This document shows positions 1 to 12,303 of a stretch of DNA of 64,000 nucleotides, one piece after another. Numbering within the stretch: the first letter of the stretch is position 1; each line of letters opens with the position of its first letter. The stretch comes from Eukaryota sp. TZLM1-RC (lineage: Eukaryota; Protista; Metamonada: BaSk clade), in contig JAUPSS010000004.1 in the NCBI GenBank assembly GCA_040285825.1, forward strand, positions 6,601,784 to 6,665,783. The letters are read 5' to 3'. The position numbers and the translations under genes were made by a program. The notes under the pieces were generated by a model. The model saw nothing but the letters and a program-made list of their open reading frames with translations. It was not told the origin of the DNA and searched no databases.

Positions 1-340
1 GGTGTGGTTTGGCAATGGAGGTGGTGGTACATCACGTCAAAAAGTGAAAACTCCACGTAAGGCATTTCTCAAGATGTTACAATGTTCATTTGCTAATGTG
101 AAGATCGGAGATGAATATATGACATCTGCAAAGGTGAACTGCTGCAAGATGCTACACCAAAAGATCTATAGAGAAGTTGATGGTGAACTTAAAGTTCACA
201 ACGCCTATTTCAGTTGTCCGGAATGTAATCAAGTATGGTCTAGAGACATTTCTGCATCACTAAATCAGCTAGAAATTGCAATTAGTGAGCACTACTATGG
301 AACAAGACCAGAAGCGTTCCAGAGACTGGAAAGAAACTAG
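1..340 (+). CDS. Fanzor (TnpB-like RuvC nuclease) C-terminal part; runs off the window start
   Basis: Motifs WFGNG, GDEYMTS (RuvC-II E), CPEC Zn ribbon, WSRDISASLN (RuvC-III D intact) and terminal RPEAFQR. Confidence 0.85.
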   Translation, partial: VWFGNGGGGTSRQKVKTPRKAFLKMLQCSFANVKIGDEYMTSAKVNCCKMLHQKIYREVDGELKVHNAYFSCPECNQVWSRDISASLNQLEIAISEHYYGTRPEAFQRLERN

Positions 341-520
341 CTTCAAAGCTAAGTATTGTTTTAGAGGAGAAATGGGCTCACTGAGATTGGTGGCCAATTA
401 TTCGAGGATTCTAGAACGTCTGTGGACGATCTCACCAAGAATGAAAGTTCTTGGAATAAGTTTGAATGATGCTTGATGAAAGTATGCATTTCAAGTGAAA
501 ACCACAGAAGTCGAAAACTT
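341..520 (+). ncRNA. Candidate omegaRNA scaffold of the preceding Fanzor
   Basis: Immediately 3' of the Fanzor stop. Hairpins include CCAAGAA(435-441)/TTCTTGG(448-454) and ATTGG-tgg-CCAAT. Confidence 0.45.
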
Positions 521-536
521 AAAACTTAGGAGCATT

Positions 537-1209
537 ACGTTTAGAAGCAAAGTGCATAATATCGTCAGGGACCAAATTTATGTAATGTGCAAATCATATC
601 GTGTAGATTCCTTTTTAGAACCGCTGTTATCAAAATTAATTCTTGATGATCCCAATATTGATAGTACGCGTTACAACAGAGCTTCTATGGGTCTGACTAG
701 AGGTGATCTAGTTGTTCCTGGTTTAAATGGTAGTTTTACTATTTTGGACGCCATGTCTATTGACCCTTGTAATTCCTCTAACGAACATTTCATTAACTCG
801 GATGTAAATAATCCTCTTCTTGCAGGCGAAAAATATAAAATTGCTAAATATGCGAAACCCATTTCCTCGGTTAATGAAAATTCTCATGCCCAATATAATT
901 TATGTCCATTTGTTGTTTCTTTGCTTGGATCTCTAGGTAAGGCTGCTATGGCTTTCCTTGAGGATTTCGTTGTAGTTGTAAAGGAAAGAACTGGAAGAAT
1001 TTTCAATTGTGTTTACTGGCAAAACAGGATTGTATTTTCTATTTTTAAGGGAATGGTAACACTAATTTCTGATTCACTATCTTCTTTTGGGAAATTTTCT
1101 GAATCTTTAGCGATTAATTGTTTTGATGTAGGGGAGGCAGGTTTTGAGGATGTGGAGTTTTAATTGTGTATTTCATATTTGTTGTTGAATAAAAATAAAT
1201 ATTTAAAAA
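537..1209 (+). mobile_element. 5'-truncated CRE/RLE-type non-LTR retrotransposon (family 1, 3' end) with 16-bp TSD
   Basis: FRSKVH..RD, RGD...LD restriction-like endonuclease motifs and A-rich tail. TSD AAAACTTAGGAGCATT at 521-536 and 1210-1225. Near-identical to 13135-13335 and 40157-41325. Confidence 0.9.
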
Positions 1210-1623
1210 AAAACTTAGGAGCATTCTTTCAAATTCGCTATCCACCCACTAGGTTAACAACCTACCTCCTCTCCAATATCTTATGTTACAAATTAACAGC
1301 AAGAGAGTTGTAGTAACACATTGTGATGTAGTTTCTTCGACGAGGACTACAAATTCAACATCGAAGGTCTTACCCTTGTGGTTACACCGTGATCATCCGA
1401 TGGCTCAATCCGATCAGTCCCAAGTCCAAAACTGATCTTGCAAATTCCTTGTATTGCACCACCATACATCACACTACCAGGTGAACAAAAAAAGTGTTTT
1501 ACTTTATTTGTGTGATGCTTGCTCATCATATTGACCACACATCATAATTAATGATATCCTTACAACTTAGTAGATCTCAAACCACGTCATGCATTTTTCA
1601 AAGTGGTCTTACTCTGACATTGC

Positions 1624-4209
1624 ATGTTGACTCTCGGTGTCAGACACGAAACACTTAATCCATATGAGCGTCGTGCTCCATTGGTACCATCTGATGTTCA
1701 AAAGCTTGTAGACAAGGGCATCACAGTTCTCGTTGAATCTTCCACCACACGAATCTATTCTAACTCTCAGTATGAAGCTGCTGGAGCCACTATAGTCAAG
1801 TATGGAGACATTGGAAAGGCTGATGTCATTCTTGGTATTAAGCAGGTACCAAGAGCCAATCTCTATCCTAACAAAACTTATGTTTTCTTCAGTCACACCA
1901 TCAAAGGACAGAAGGGTAACATGTCAATGCTGGAAGATATCCTTGCCAAAAAGATCACCCTTATTGATTATGAAGTCATTACTGATTCGGCGGGAAAGAG
2001 GCTGATCAAGTTTGGTAAGTATGCCGGAATTGGTGGTGCGGTTGACACTTTGTCTGGTCTTGGAAGATATTTACTTAAGGACAGGCAATTAGGAACTCCT
2101 TTTATTCACACTGCGTTCACCTTCCAATACCCATCTTTAAAAGAAGCTTATAATGCAATGAGACTGGTGGGGAAAGAAATTGAACATGACGGTCTTCCTC
2201 AAGAACTAGTTCCTTTTATTGTTAATGTTACAGGTACCGGTGCAGTGAGTTCAGGGGTTTTGGAAGTTTTGAGGCACCTACCACACGAGTTTGTCTCAGT
2301 CGATGGTTTACCGAGTTTAATGAAAAACGGCTGTTCCAACAAGGTCTACATTCTTGTTACTGGCAGGACCGACATGTTTTATTCAAAAATGACTAACCGT
2401 CCATGTACGATTGATCAATACGAAAAAGATCCCAACTCTGTCTATTCAGTTTATCCAGAAAAAATAGCTCCTTTTGTTTCAGTAATTTTTCACTGTGCTT
2501 TTTGGTCGCCAAACTATCCCAGAATAATGACCACTGATGAAGCGAGATCTCTTAGTCAATCCTGGAGATGCTTGGCTCTTGGTGACGTCACTGCTGATGT
2601 AGGTGGTTCTTTTGAATTCATGAATGTCATTACCTCATTTGATGAACCTTTTGCTATATGGAAGCCTCTCACTAATGAAGTTTGTCTTGGAACTAACTGC
2701 TCTGGGTTATTGCTCTACTCTATCGATCACATTCCTTCTGAGGTGTCTAAAGAAGCCAGCGAAGATTTCTCCAAACATAATGTTGTTTATGCTGAGTCTT
2801 TGGCGATTGGAAAGGTGTTACCTGAACTTGAAAGAGCTGTGATTACAAGGAATGGTCACTTGACTGATCGATTCAGCTACATCCAAGACCTTAGACGCCA
2901 ACAAAAAGCCAAGGAATATCACGTTCTGTTACTTGGCTGTGGAATGGTTTGTGAACCCTTTGTCGATTGTCTTCTTGGTGAATCTGATATTTATTTAACA
3001 ATTGCTGATGTCAATAAGGAATCATTTGCCCATATATTATCCAAATATCCTCACAGAGTGTCAGGAGTTGAACTTGATCTAGAAGCCGAACTAGATCTTG
3101 CTTTATCATTAATTAAGAGTCACTCAGTTGTTGTCTCGCTTCTTCCCCCGTTCTTACACCCAAAAGTGGCAGAGTTGTGTGTTGAGGCAAACCGTCACTT
3201 TGTTTCTAGCTCTTACATCTCTCCAGCAATCAAAACTTTGGCTGTCAAGGCTCAAGAAAAAGGCGTAATACTTTTGAATGAGGTTGGGCTTGATCCCGGG
3301 CTTGATATTGCCAGTCTTGCCAAACAAATTGATGAGCTGAAACGAGATGGCTTTAGAATTCTTTCAGTGAAATCTTATACGGGAGGACTAGCTCCACCTT
3401 CTAGCTTGGTCGGGAATCCTTTGAATTATACGTTCAGTTGGCGACCACTAGGAGTTCTTCAAGCATGTTCTTCTTCTTGCTCTTTCCTTGAGGATGGTGA
3501 GGTGGTTACAAGTCGAGATCCTTTGTCTTTGGCAAGAGTGATTGATGCTGATTTGCCTCTTTCTGTTGTTGGGTACCCCAATAGAGATTCTATCCTTTTT
3601 GCAAAGAATCATGGAGTTTGGGGTGAAACAAAGACCTTTATTAGGGGAACTTTACGTTACCGTCCATTTCCTCAAGTCTTGCATTACCTGAAGGAAATTG
3701 GATACTTGAATAAGGAAGAACATTGCATGTTGAATTCTTCTAACAGGGTTTCCTTCAATGAATTCACTTCTTCCTTAATGGCAGAACATCCTCATGCTCC
3801 TTCAATTGAAGTTTTGGCGGTTATGAGGGATCTGGGGTTATTTTCACACGAAATCTTGGTTCCTGAGGGTAGTTCTCCAATAGAAGTAATGGCTAATTTT
3901 CTAGGTGACCGTTTCACCACGCAAAAAGGGGAAGAAGATCTTGTTTTGATGTGGCATGAGCTCATTTATGAAAAGAATGGTAAAAGGAAGAGATCTACAT
4001 CTCTTTTGGTGCGTAAGGGTACTCAACACTCCACCGCCATGGCTGAAACTGTCGGAAAGACTGCAGCTATAGGGGTACTTGGAATTAAGCATAATCAGTA
4101 TCAAAAGAAGGGTCTTTTGGAACCTAGAGATCCAGAGGTTTATCGATGGATCTTAGAAGAGACCGCGAAGAGAGGAATTGAGTTTGTAGAGGTTATTCAT
4201 GACGAATAA
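1624..4209 (+). CDS. AASS: Bifunctional lysine-ketoglutarate reductase/saccharopine dehydrogenase (alpha-aminoadipic semialdehyde synthase)
   Basis: 861 aa. ERRAPL.P, FFSHTIKGQ..NM and LIDYE (LKR); LLGCGMV, NEVGLDPGLD, GGL...NPL.Y.FSW.P, YPNRDS and RGTLRY (SDH). Confidence 0.95.
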   Translation: MLTLGVRHETLNPYERRAPLVPSDVQKLVDKGITVLVESSTTRIYSNSQYEAAGATIVKYGDIGKADVILGIKQVPRANLYPNKTYVFFSHTIKGQKGNMSMLEDILAKKITLIDYEVITDSAGKRLIKFGKYAGIGGAVDTLSGLGRYLLKDRQLGTPFIHTAFTFQYPSLKEAYNAMRLVGKEIEHDGLPQELVPFIVNVTGTGAVSSGVLEVLRHLPHEFVSVDGLPSLMKNGCSNKVYILVTGRTDMFYSKMTNRPCTIDQYEKDPNSVYSVYPEKIAPFVSVIFHCAFWSPNYPRIMTTDEARSLSQSWRCLALGDVTADVGGSFEFMNVITSFDEPFAIWKPLTNEVCLGTNCSGLLLYSIDHIPSEVSKEASEDFSKHNVVYAESLAIGKVLPELERAVITRNGHLTDRFSYIQDLRRQQKAKEYHVLLLGCGMVCEPFVDCLLGESDIYLTIADVNKESFAHILSKYPHRVSGVELDLEAELDLALSLIKSHSVVVSLLPPFLHPKVAELCVEANRHFVSSSYISPAIKTLAVKAQEKGVILLNEVGLDPGLDIASLAKQIDELKRDGFRILSVKSYTGGLAPPSSLVGNPLNYTFSWRPLGVLQACSSSCSFLEDGEVVTSRDPLSLARVIDADLPLSVVGYPNRDSILFAKNHGVWGETKTFIRGTLRYRPFPQVLHYLKEIGYLNKEEHCMLNSSNRVSFNEFTSSLMAEHPHAPSIEVLAVMRDLGLFSHEILVPEGSSPIEVMANFLGDRFTTQKGEEDLVLMWHELIYEKNGKRKRSTSLLVRKGTQHSTAMAETVGKTAAIGVLGIKHNQYQKKGLLEPRDPEVYRWILEETAKRGIEFVEVIHDE

Positions 4210-5214
4210 CTAATGCTTTGTAAATAAATATTTAATTCTTTTTCCATTATTTTATTGTTTGAAAATATTTTAAACCGCAATTCTAACCTCAAGACATGTA
4301 TCACAATTTGTGAACCTCCAAACGGTGTTTCACTCAAAATCCACACCGATAGCTACAAGAGATTTAGTGGGTTTTGCAGAAATAGACTTAACAAAGAAAA
4401 AAAACAATTCTATACAACCACAAGGAAGAGTTCAAGTTTTGATGAGATGTTTTTTGTAAAACTCTTGTGAAATTTTCGATACACAGTAATGCTGGAGGAC
4501 CATTGATGGTAAACTACTGCCACTTGAAAAGGTCTCCTATACATTATACCAAAAAAACTAATCCAATGATAATTGAGTCATATGTTATAAAACATTGAAG
4601 ACGAAAATTCCTGGTTAAAATTAATGAAAATTTAAAAAATTGCATATTAGTTGAGGATGATTTTATGATTTTATGGGATTTGGTATTACTTGAATCGAAA
4701 TTGAATTCTCAATTATATTTGCCCTTATCAAATCAATTTTTAATCTTTATTGTATTAATTCAATACTGATGTACTGGGCCCGAACCGATCTTGATTCAAC
4801 AAAATTCATTCCAAGTTCATAGTTTAAAGTTTCACTTTTTTCATCTTCTTTTCCTGGTTTTGACTTGAGCTGGGATTTCAAAATTAGCTATTCAAATATT
4901 TACTCCTTAATTTTTCATAAATGCAGAGATCATTCATCAGCAGAATCCACTACATTATACTCTACAATCATCTTGATCAAGAGATGTGCACGGGTACTTG
5001 TATAAACTTTGCACGCAATATTCCATATAACCAAAAAGTAACCAGAGTGCTTCTTTATTAACCCTAATCTTTGGCAAAGGAGTAACCATGTCTGTCCTCC
5101 ATCTCTAGTATAAAGACCAATAAAATGAGTAGAAATTTAATGAATTTAAAAAAAACTAAACTAAACTATAAAAGTAACTTCTTGCACATGAATTCAAAAC
5201 AAGTTAATCACTTT

Positions 5215-6309
5215 TTATTTCTTTTTCCTGGGAGCATTTGCATTAATTCCAAGACCAACCTTGGGCATTGAGCTATGTGTAGCAGTATTTAACCCCCCTG
5301 CAAAAAACGGCAAGTCATCAGAAAAATGATTGATTGGTTTTGATTTCTTAACCTTCTTCATCGCTTTATTCAACTGCTCCTCCCTCAAAATTAAATTATT
5401 AGCATCACGACCACTTTTTGGTAGTGGTACCGGATACTTTGTCCCCTTTAACTTTGGGTAAAATCTAAACTTTTTAGGTAACCTTGCTACCCCGTCCCTA
5501 CCAACAACCAACCCTACCCTAAGTAATGAATCATTGCCGCACTTGGGACAAAAAACTCTGTCCATCTCTCTTGTAGGAGTCTTGCACCCACTACACAAGA
5601 GACAAGAAATCTTGACTGAATTAATTCGTTTGCCGTTTGTAGATATAACGGGAATGTTCAAATGCATTAGCAGGTTTTGAACAGCATAATCGTTACTGAT
5701 CACAGCCACTTTTAGTTGTTTCTTCCTCTCAATTTGCTCATCTGCTTGGTTTTCTGGACCCACCCACTCTCCTTCACTATCTTCATTGCTGCTTTCTTCA
5801 TTGGCAGAGGGAATAGTGACGGCAGACGGGGCCGAGGGCTGCTGAGGCTTGATTCTTCTTTTAGGCTTTTGGATAGGCTTCACCGTGGACCAACCATCAT
5901 CATCAACATGGTTCTGAACAGCTTTAGTCTTGGACTTTGGTTTTCTGGTGAGATCTATTTGGGGAAGGGAGGGGTTGGGTTTGAGAAGGTTTGGACATTG
6001 TGATTGCATTAGTTTAGTGGCGAGGGCAACAAGCTTGAGATCAGCTGGTGCTAGTACTGAGATATCACCCGTTGTGGTGGCAGCATTACGGACAAGTTCA
6101 AGCGACTGGTTATCAGGTTCGTCAACAACAATATCACAAAGGATCGTCGACGAACCAGAAGTGAGGTTGTTGCGTGATTCAGAATCTCTAACTTCATCAA
6201 TGATAGCCTGACAGGTGGTAATAGAGTCTGCAAGGGTATGAAGATGTACTTCAGGAGAAAGAAAGATGTTGGTATCAACAATAAGTGTCGAAACAGGTTT
6301 CTGTGACAT
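5215..6309 (-). CDS. NOB1: RNA-binding protein NOB1 (18S rRNA endonuclease)
   Basis: PIN domain (IVDTN, TGDI.VL...D, DYAVQN), CxxC...FCPKCGN Zn ribbon, G.KY.VP.PK.G and ILREEQ. Confidence 0.95.
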   Translation of the reverse strand: MSQKPVSTLIVDTNIFLSPEVHLHTLADSITTCQAIIDEVRDSESRNNLTSGSSTILCDIVVDEPDNQSLELVRNAATTTGDISVLAPADLKLVALATKLMQSQCPNLLKPNPSLPQIDLTRKPKSKTKAVQNHVDDDGWSTVKPIQKPKRRIKPQQPSAPSAVTIPSANEESSNEDSEGEWVGPENQADEQIERKKQLKVAVISNDYAVQNLLMHLNIPVISTNGKRINSVKISCLLCSGCKTPTREMDRVFCPKCGNDSLLRVGLVVGRDGVARLPKKFRFYPKLKGTKYPVPLPKSGRDANNLILREEQLNKAMKKVKKSKPINHFSDDLPFFAGGLNTATHSSMPKVGLGINANAPRKKK

Positions 6310-6369
6310 CGGCTAGCAACACAAAAATGTCAAATAGTAGTAACCTGGTGGATTTAGTATACTGGTATT

Positions 6370-7575
6370 GGTAGATGGAAAAATCCAAAAATGCTATAGA
6401 TTTACTGTAGTAAAAAGCTATAACTTAAGACAAATATGGAGGCCTATCACCAACACTATCCTCTACAAAGTAATCTACAATTTCCTTGATGTTGATACAT
6501 GCTAACTTGTTACGGTTCCATACCTTATCCTTTCCATCACATTCTTCTCTACAAACTTCAGATCGACATCCTAACAAAGCATGACATTTTGCAGTAGGGC
6601 ACTTCTCTCTCATCCATGGCCTAGGATTCTCAACATCAAGAAATACATTTACTGGGTTATAACAAGTTGGACACTTTGAAGATGTGTTTCTCTCATCAAC
6701 TAAACATACTGCATAACCATTGCTCTTAAAGAAATTTCTCCATCCAACTCCTCTACTTGATCGATGGTGCTTTAAATTTTTTCTCTCATTGCCATTGTCA
6801 CCAAACATTAGGATAGTGTCTTCTTGCTGCATTTGCTTTTCAGCCATTCTTTTAATAAACCTAGCCTCTGTTTTCTGATGATGGACATATCTTTGCATTT
6901 TTTGAATGCGCCATATCATTAAACAGTAGTACTCAAATGTAAATGTCATGTTTGTCAGCTTGGAAGCAACATAAGAATAGAAAATATTATAAATAAAAGA
7001 TTTTGATGATTCTTTTGATGATGTAGCTTCTATTTCTTCCACTGTGATCCCATTTTGTAAAATGTACTCTTTCTTTTTCAATTTTCTGAATTTTTGGTGA
7101 ACTCTCGATACCCTTGACCACTCCAATTCTGTCAATCTCAGCCACTCATATTGTTTATCTCTTTTTAGTTGGTTTTTTGCATTAAGTTTGAATCTTTTTT
7201 GACTACAAAAATTAAGCAAAATATTTTTATCAGGTTCGATATGTTCTTTATGTTTTGATGATAGAAATTCAACATCAAAATCATCCAAATAGTTTTCAGC
7301 GGTTGCAAACTTTGCACTATCAGGCTTGAATGACATGCCAATACAATCCTCTCTTGCAAGCTCAATACAGGCTGCAAAACCATCAGTTTTCATGGTGTTG
7401 TTAAATTTGTAGGCTTTATTAGTAAATGGTCTATTAAATTCAACAAAATATGACCAAAATAAATTTTGTTCTTCTGGACTCATACGTTGAATGTCAGCTA
7501 TTGAATTCCATTCCGAATTATTTTTCTTGTCATGAATTTCATCATTTGTAAAAACAGAACCCAAAATACCCCATA
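6370..7575 (-). mobile_element. Fanzor family B, 5'-truncated copy (ORF 6425-7564) with 3' omegaRNA end
   Basis: KTDGF, degenerate RuvC-I (IEPDKN), FGDNG, VDERNTSSKCPTC, WNRNKLACIN and RPPYL. Highly similar to 38460-39664. Confidence 0.9.
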
Positions 7576-8039
7576 GTTCTTAGAATGATAAAAACCACAC
7601 ATTGGTTTTCTCACTAAATTCGTCTATTAGCCCACAAATCAAATTCCGGAATGAAATAAAATTAATAGATTTTCCATAAAACATCTTTTGCCCTCATCAA
7701 TAAGGACAATTAATTTATGAAACTTGATATACCAAGTTTTTTGCTTAATAATCATACTCTCAACTTTATCTATTAATTTTTGTTCATTAAACCATTGTGA
7801 TTTTGATTTGCATTTATTTTTTTTTACTCTATGCTAAACAAATTTAATCATTAACTAAACAATACTGGAACTATTTAATTATGGTTAAGTTGCATCTTTT
7901 TCCAACTTGTTATTTTTTAACAAGAGAAATTACGCTATCTTCATTTTTCGTGTTGAGGATACTATGGGAAATGATATGTAATATTAAATTTACAATTGAA
8001 TAAATGATTCAGATTGATGAGCTGACCCAACGACAAATC

Positions 8040-8512
8040 AAATCATTTGGCACACTTCATGGCCACAGCAAACACCTCATCCTTGTGGCAGCTGTCCATT
8101 GATGATAACTCAACAATAAACCATAGACATTTGGAATTTGGGAAATGAGACAATTTGAGCTACTTTCCTTAAAATCAATTAAAAAGTTAGCAAAAACGGG
8201 ATTATTTTCCTTAGCCAAGCTAAGACGTACAGTAAAATCCAAGTTGTCAAAAACTTTTAGTATTTTTTTTCTGTAATTTGGCGTATGCAAATCATAAAGA
8301 AATCAAACTTCCGAATTTTTTGAATAACGGTGGGAAAGCATTTGGACCATATTTGAGGAGAAGGGCAGCCTATTTCATTCTGCAAAGACACCAAATAATC
8401 ACTAACACAATGTTCTATTAAATGTTGGTTTTCAGGAAAACGATTCAAAAATTCAAAAATGAAATTTTAGCCTCCACCACTAAAGGCAGTTTTACACAAA
8501 TATTTAGATTTG
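8040..8512 (-). mobile_element. Decayed internal fragment of CRE/RLE non-LTR retrotransposon
   Basis: TAFSGG.K.F..EF, LDF.VRL.LAK..NP.FA.F and QIP.VYGLLL, homologous to 25200-25800. Confidence 0.8.
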
Positions 8513-11202
8513 TGAATACCCATAAATACACGATCAATTTTCGTGTGGAATAATTTCAAAAACTATCTGCTACACAGATACTGAGGCCTTCTATCCTCAC
8601 TTCAGCAATCGCAAACATATTCAGACGAGCCCACTTATTTCTATTGAAAAGCTTTGTTGAGCTTTGTTATTGTGTTTGCAACTCTCACTATTACAAGCTA
8701 TTGAACCATGACAAGTAGTAACAGGAGTCTTTTTTGTTCTATAGAATCTGGGATTTGTTACTTTCAAAAAAGTAGCAACCTTTTCAAAGTTAATAAGACA
8801 TTTTGCTGAAATGAAACCTCCACTAATCATCTATACTTCAAATCCATTTCTTTTCAGAAATTGAATCCATCCAATGCCTTGAGTAGGTTTCTGATGTTTT
8901 AAATTCTTGAAACCTTTTTTACCATAATCATTCATTAGTATTAAAGTGTCTTTAGGGTTGCCAAAATTCTGGACAAGGCTTTTTAACAACCAACTTTCTG
9001 TCTTTTGCTTGTGAATAACAGCTTGCATTTTATGGATGCTTCACAAGTCAAGACTGTAAAAGTCAATTGTCAAAAAATTTGCCGAAGTTTGGCATCCACA
9101 AAGTTGGAAAAGTCTATAAAAGTTGCTGAATTGGCAGCAAACGCAGATAATTCGGTGTTTGCATCTTCAATTGGCACTTCGTTAGACTCTATCATTTGGT
9201 TCCTGTCGGAATCTACCTCAGTATACTTTATCGCCCATCATTTTTGCTTTTCATTCATCCTACTTTTCAAAGACCAGGACATCTGAGTCATTCTCAACCA
9301 TTTGTACTTCTTGTCTTGATTCATCACCCGACTATTTCTTTGCTGTTCAGTTTCATGTTCAGGAACCATGGCTAATTCTTGATCAGTCTTTTTACTCCCA
9401 AAATACAATAAATCACGTTTTCCAGGATCACAAACAACAATTCGTTTGTCTTAAAAAGTATCAACATCAACATCATCAATATATAAATCAGAAATACTAG
9501 CCTTGTTGTCTGGCTTACATTTCTGACCTTGTAAAACCTGACGAACAAATTCTACTGCAATATTCAATCCATCTGTGTGGATAATGTTGTTGAATTTATA
9601 GCTCTTCTGTTTGAACATTGGTTGGTTTAAATCGATAATATTAGACCAAAAGTCAAAATGCTGAGGTGGTTTGAATTTCGTAAATTGGGCTAATGTATTG
9701 GACATTTTCAGCGTTTGTGTAGATGATAAATCATCCATCAATGTTTGTTTAACAATTCTCCATAGTGTTCTTGTATCAATAGGAAAATATCCAGGGCCTG
9801 CAGTGGTTGAAACAGGAGAAATATGATAAGGTTTTTTCTCTCTACTGGATATATATTGGGCAATTGTAATTGCTGGTGTTAGGAATATTTGAGGATCTGT
9901 TTTAACAGCGTCTGCAAGAAAATGTATATCCACTGGAAATATGTTATCAACGAAATTCTCGTAAGTGACCAAATTCTCAATTTGACAAGTAAATGGCTCA
10001 ATAAGACCTTCAAATATGTCTCTAAGTTCATTAGTTCTTATATCATGTTGTTGACATAAGTCGAAAAATTCATCATTCAGAAAGTCTGAAATATTTTCAG
10101 GATGATGAAACCAAGAATTCAAACAATCTCTAGCATCAACTAAAAACAAGTTTTTGAATTGACGAAGCCTAAATCTATATAGTGAAATAATTGTAGATAA
10201 TGGCGTTGAGTATCTACCCAGTTTGTGCATTTCTGCTAACACATTTTCCACATCTGGTTTGTCAAAATAAACATAAATAAAACGTTTGATATGTTTTTCA
10301 TAATTTAATTTCAAATTATTCTCAAAATTGGGAAACAATACTGTGGCCATATACTGAGGTCGTCTACTGAAGCCATCAGTTGGAAATCGTGGAAAAAACT
10401 CAGGCCTATATCTTAAATGGTCTACATAACTCAATGTTTTGTTCAAATTTTGTTGTTCAAAGGTAGTCAATAATCTATAATATCCTTCACCATAAACAAA
10501 ATCTTCAAAATCCTGTGGAAATGCACTTTTTGGTTTCACCATTTCTTGCCCATAAAACTCAGCTGAAATATTACGAATTCTAGCCATTAATGATTCATAT
10601 AATTGGGCAGATATTCGTGGTAATGAAAAATTACGTTCAAAACAGTACTGTAAATACAGCTTCAAGCAACATGTGGTGTGAATACGTAACTGTTGAAATT
10701 TTACAGCAGTTTCTCTCAATTTGAGTATCACATTTGAGTGTTTAACCATTGAGTTGACGGTTACCCGAACGGTTTTATAAGATGATAAAATAAATTTGTC
10801 TTTCTGAAACAGCACGAAAAGTTTCAGACAAAGGAAACAATCATAAAGCCCATATTGAATTGAATTTTGTATCAGAGGAGAAGTAGCTAAACAATCAATT
10901 GGCAAAATATGGGAAAATTCCTGATGAAGTTTGATTTTCTTTTCATTTATCATTTTATATGCCAGATTACCTAATACATGTCCGTAGGGTATTTTTATGA
11001 ATTTTTTGGCAAATACAAAAGTATCTAAAAGAAAAAAGCCATTTTCCCTGATGACAACTTCTCTCCATCTTAATGAAGGTCGATTGAGTACATCAATGGC
11101 TGTACCGTCTCGAACAGTAGGAAATGGTAAATCAAAATAATTTAATCTATTTTTCAAACCCTGTAAATCTAACTGCATTAGGTTGTGATTAAAAAAAACA
11201 AT

Positions 11203-12303
11203 TGATGCCGTTAGGCAGATGAACACACGAAGGAGAGAGAGAAATCTGAGTTTATTAATAAAACTGATTCATAAACGAGTATCACGTCATCAGTTGAAAT
11301 ACAAAAAAACCTACTGAATCAATTTTAGTTCAACAACAACACTACTTTTTCCCATTTTTCTGAGGACAAATACAGTACTGTCTCAATAGAGGGAAGAAAT
11401 GGGGTTTGTTAAATTCTTCGGTGCATCGTGTGTAAGACACACATAATTCACCTCATGTTTGATTTTAGTTGGACAGTCGCGGGAGATGTGTCCAGGCCTG
11501 TGGCACTTGAAGCACGATTGATTTTTCAAATCCTGAGAGCGCCAAGAGGACCTCGTCTTAGTGCCAGCCGTACGTTCCACATCACTAACTGAGGTTTTGA
11601 GACCACGAGTCCATGAAGCAACCCTAGAGCAGTCCAACAACTCATCAGTAGTGGTTTCGACAAATGAGTGAAGATCTGGGAAAACATCATCTCGAATTCT
11701 CGCTAGAAGAGAACGTTGAAGACCTACGGCAAGAATTCCTCTGGTAACTCGATTCAGAAAGGCTGTGTCTGGTAACTTCAGTCCGGAAGCCCTATTTTTT
11801 ACCTGGAGAAAACATCGCAGGCAACTGGACATACGTTCTCGGACGTCAGCATTACGGACATCAAGCTTCAGTTCTGACGTAGCCAGACTAAAATTTTTGT
11901 ACGTGGCAAACGATACGACAGATTGTAGTTGTCTAAGAAAAACATCGTCACTGGAAAAGACGTTGGATTTCTGAAGAGATAGGGACTCTAACAGAAAAGA
12001 ATCGATTAAGAGCCTTGCTGGAACAAGCTCTTTCTTGGGGGTCACAGAAGAATAGATCTTCCACTCTTGTAGGAACAGAAGAACAGGCTCAACTTTCATA
12101 GAAGAAAGAGACGGGAGGTTGACAGAGGGAACAGTCATCTGAAATAAGAAGGGCCAATAATTATTGATGCCGTTAGGCAGATGAACACACGAAGGAGAGA
12201 GAGAAATCTGAGTTTATTAATAAAACTGATTCATAAACGAGGAACACGTCATCAGTCGAAACACAAAGAAACCTACTAAATCAATTTTAGTTCAACAACA
12301 ACA
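11203..12303 (-). mobile_element. Non-autonomous gag-only LTR retroelement (1101 bp)
   Basis: 139-bp LTRs at 11203-11341 and 12165-12303 (TG..CA, 6 mismatches), 4-bp TSD CAAT, PPT GAAAAATGGGAAAAAGTAG and a PBS-like TGGCCCTTC. Confidence 0.92.
11383..12138 (-). CDS. gag: Gag-like protein with CCHC zinc knuckle
   Basis: 251 aa ORF between LTRs, CFKCHRPGHISRDC, no pol. Confidence 0.85.
   Translation of the reverse strand: MTVPSVNLPSLSSMKVEPVLLFLQEWKIYSSVTPKKELVPARLLIDSFLLESLSLQKSNVFSSDDVFLRQLQSVVSFATYKNFSLATSELKLDVRNADVRERMSSCLRCFLQVKNRASGLKLPDTAFLNRVTRGILAVGLQRSLLARIRDDVFPDLHSFVETTTDELLDCSRVASWTRGLKTSVSDVERTAGTKTRSSWRSQDLKNQSCFKCHRPGHISRDCPTKIKHEVNYVCLTHDAPKNLTNPISSLY

Noticed and set aside
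495-536. Start of the 222-aa ORF as a gene
   Set aside because: Chimeric read-through from flank and TSD into a 5'-truncated retroelement
4775-4800. tRNA T-loop-like GGTTCG on the minus strand
   Set aside because: No cloverleaf could be built
11190-11226. N-terminus of the 591-aa ORF as a real start
   Set aside because: The first codons come from the inserted LTR; the true frame continues beyond 12304
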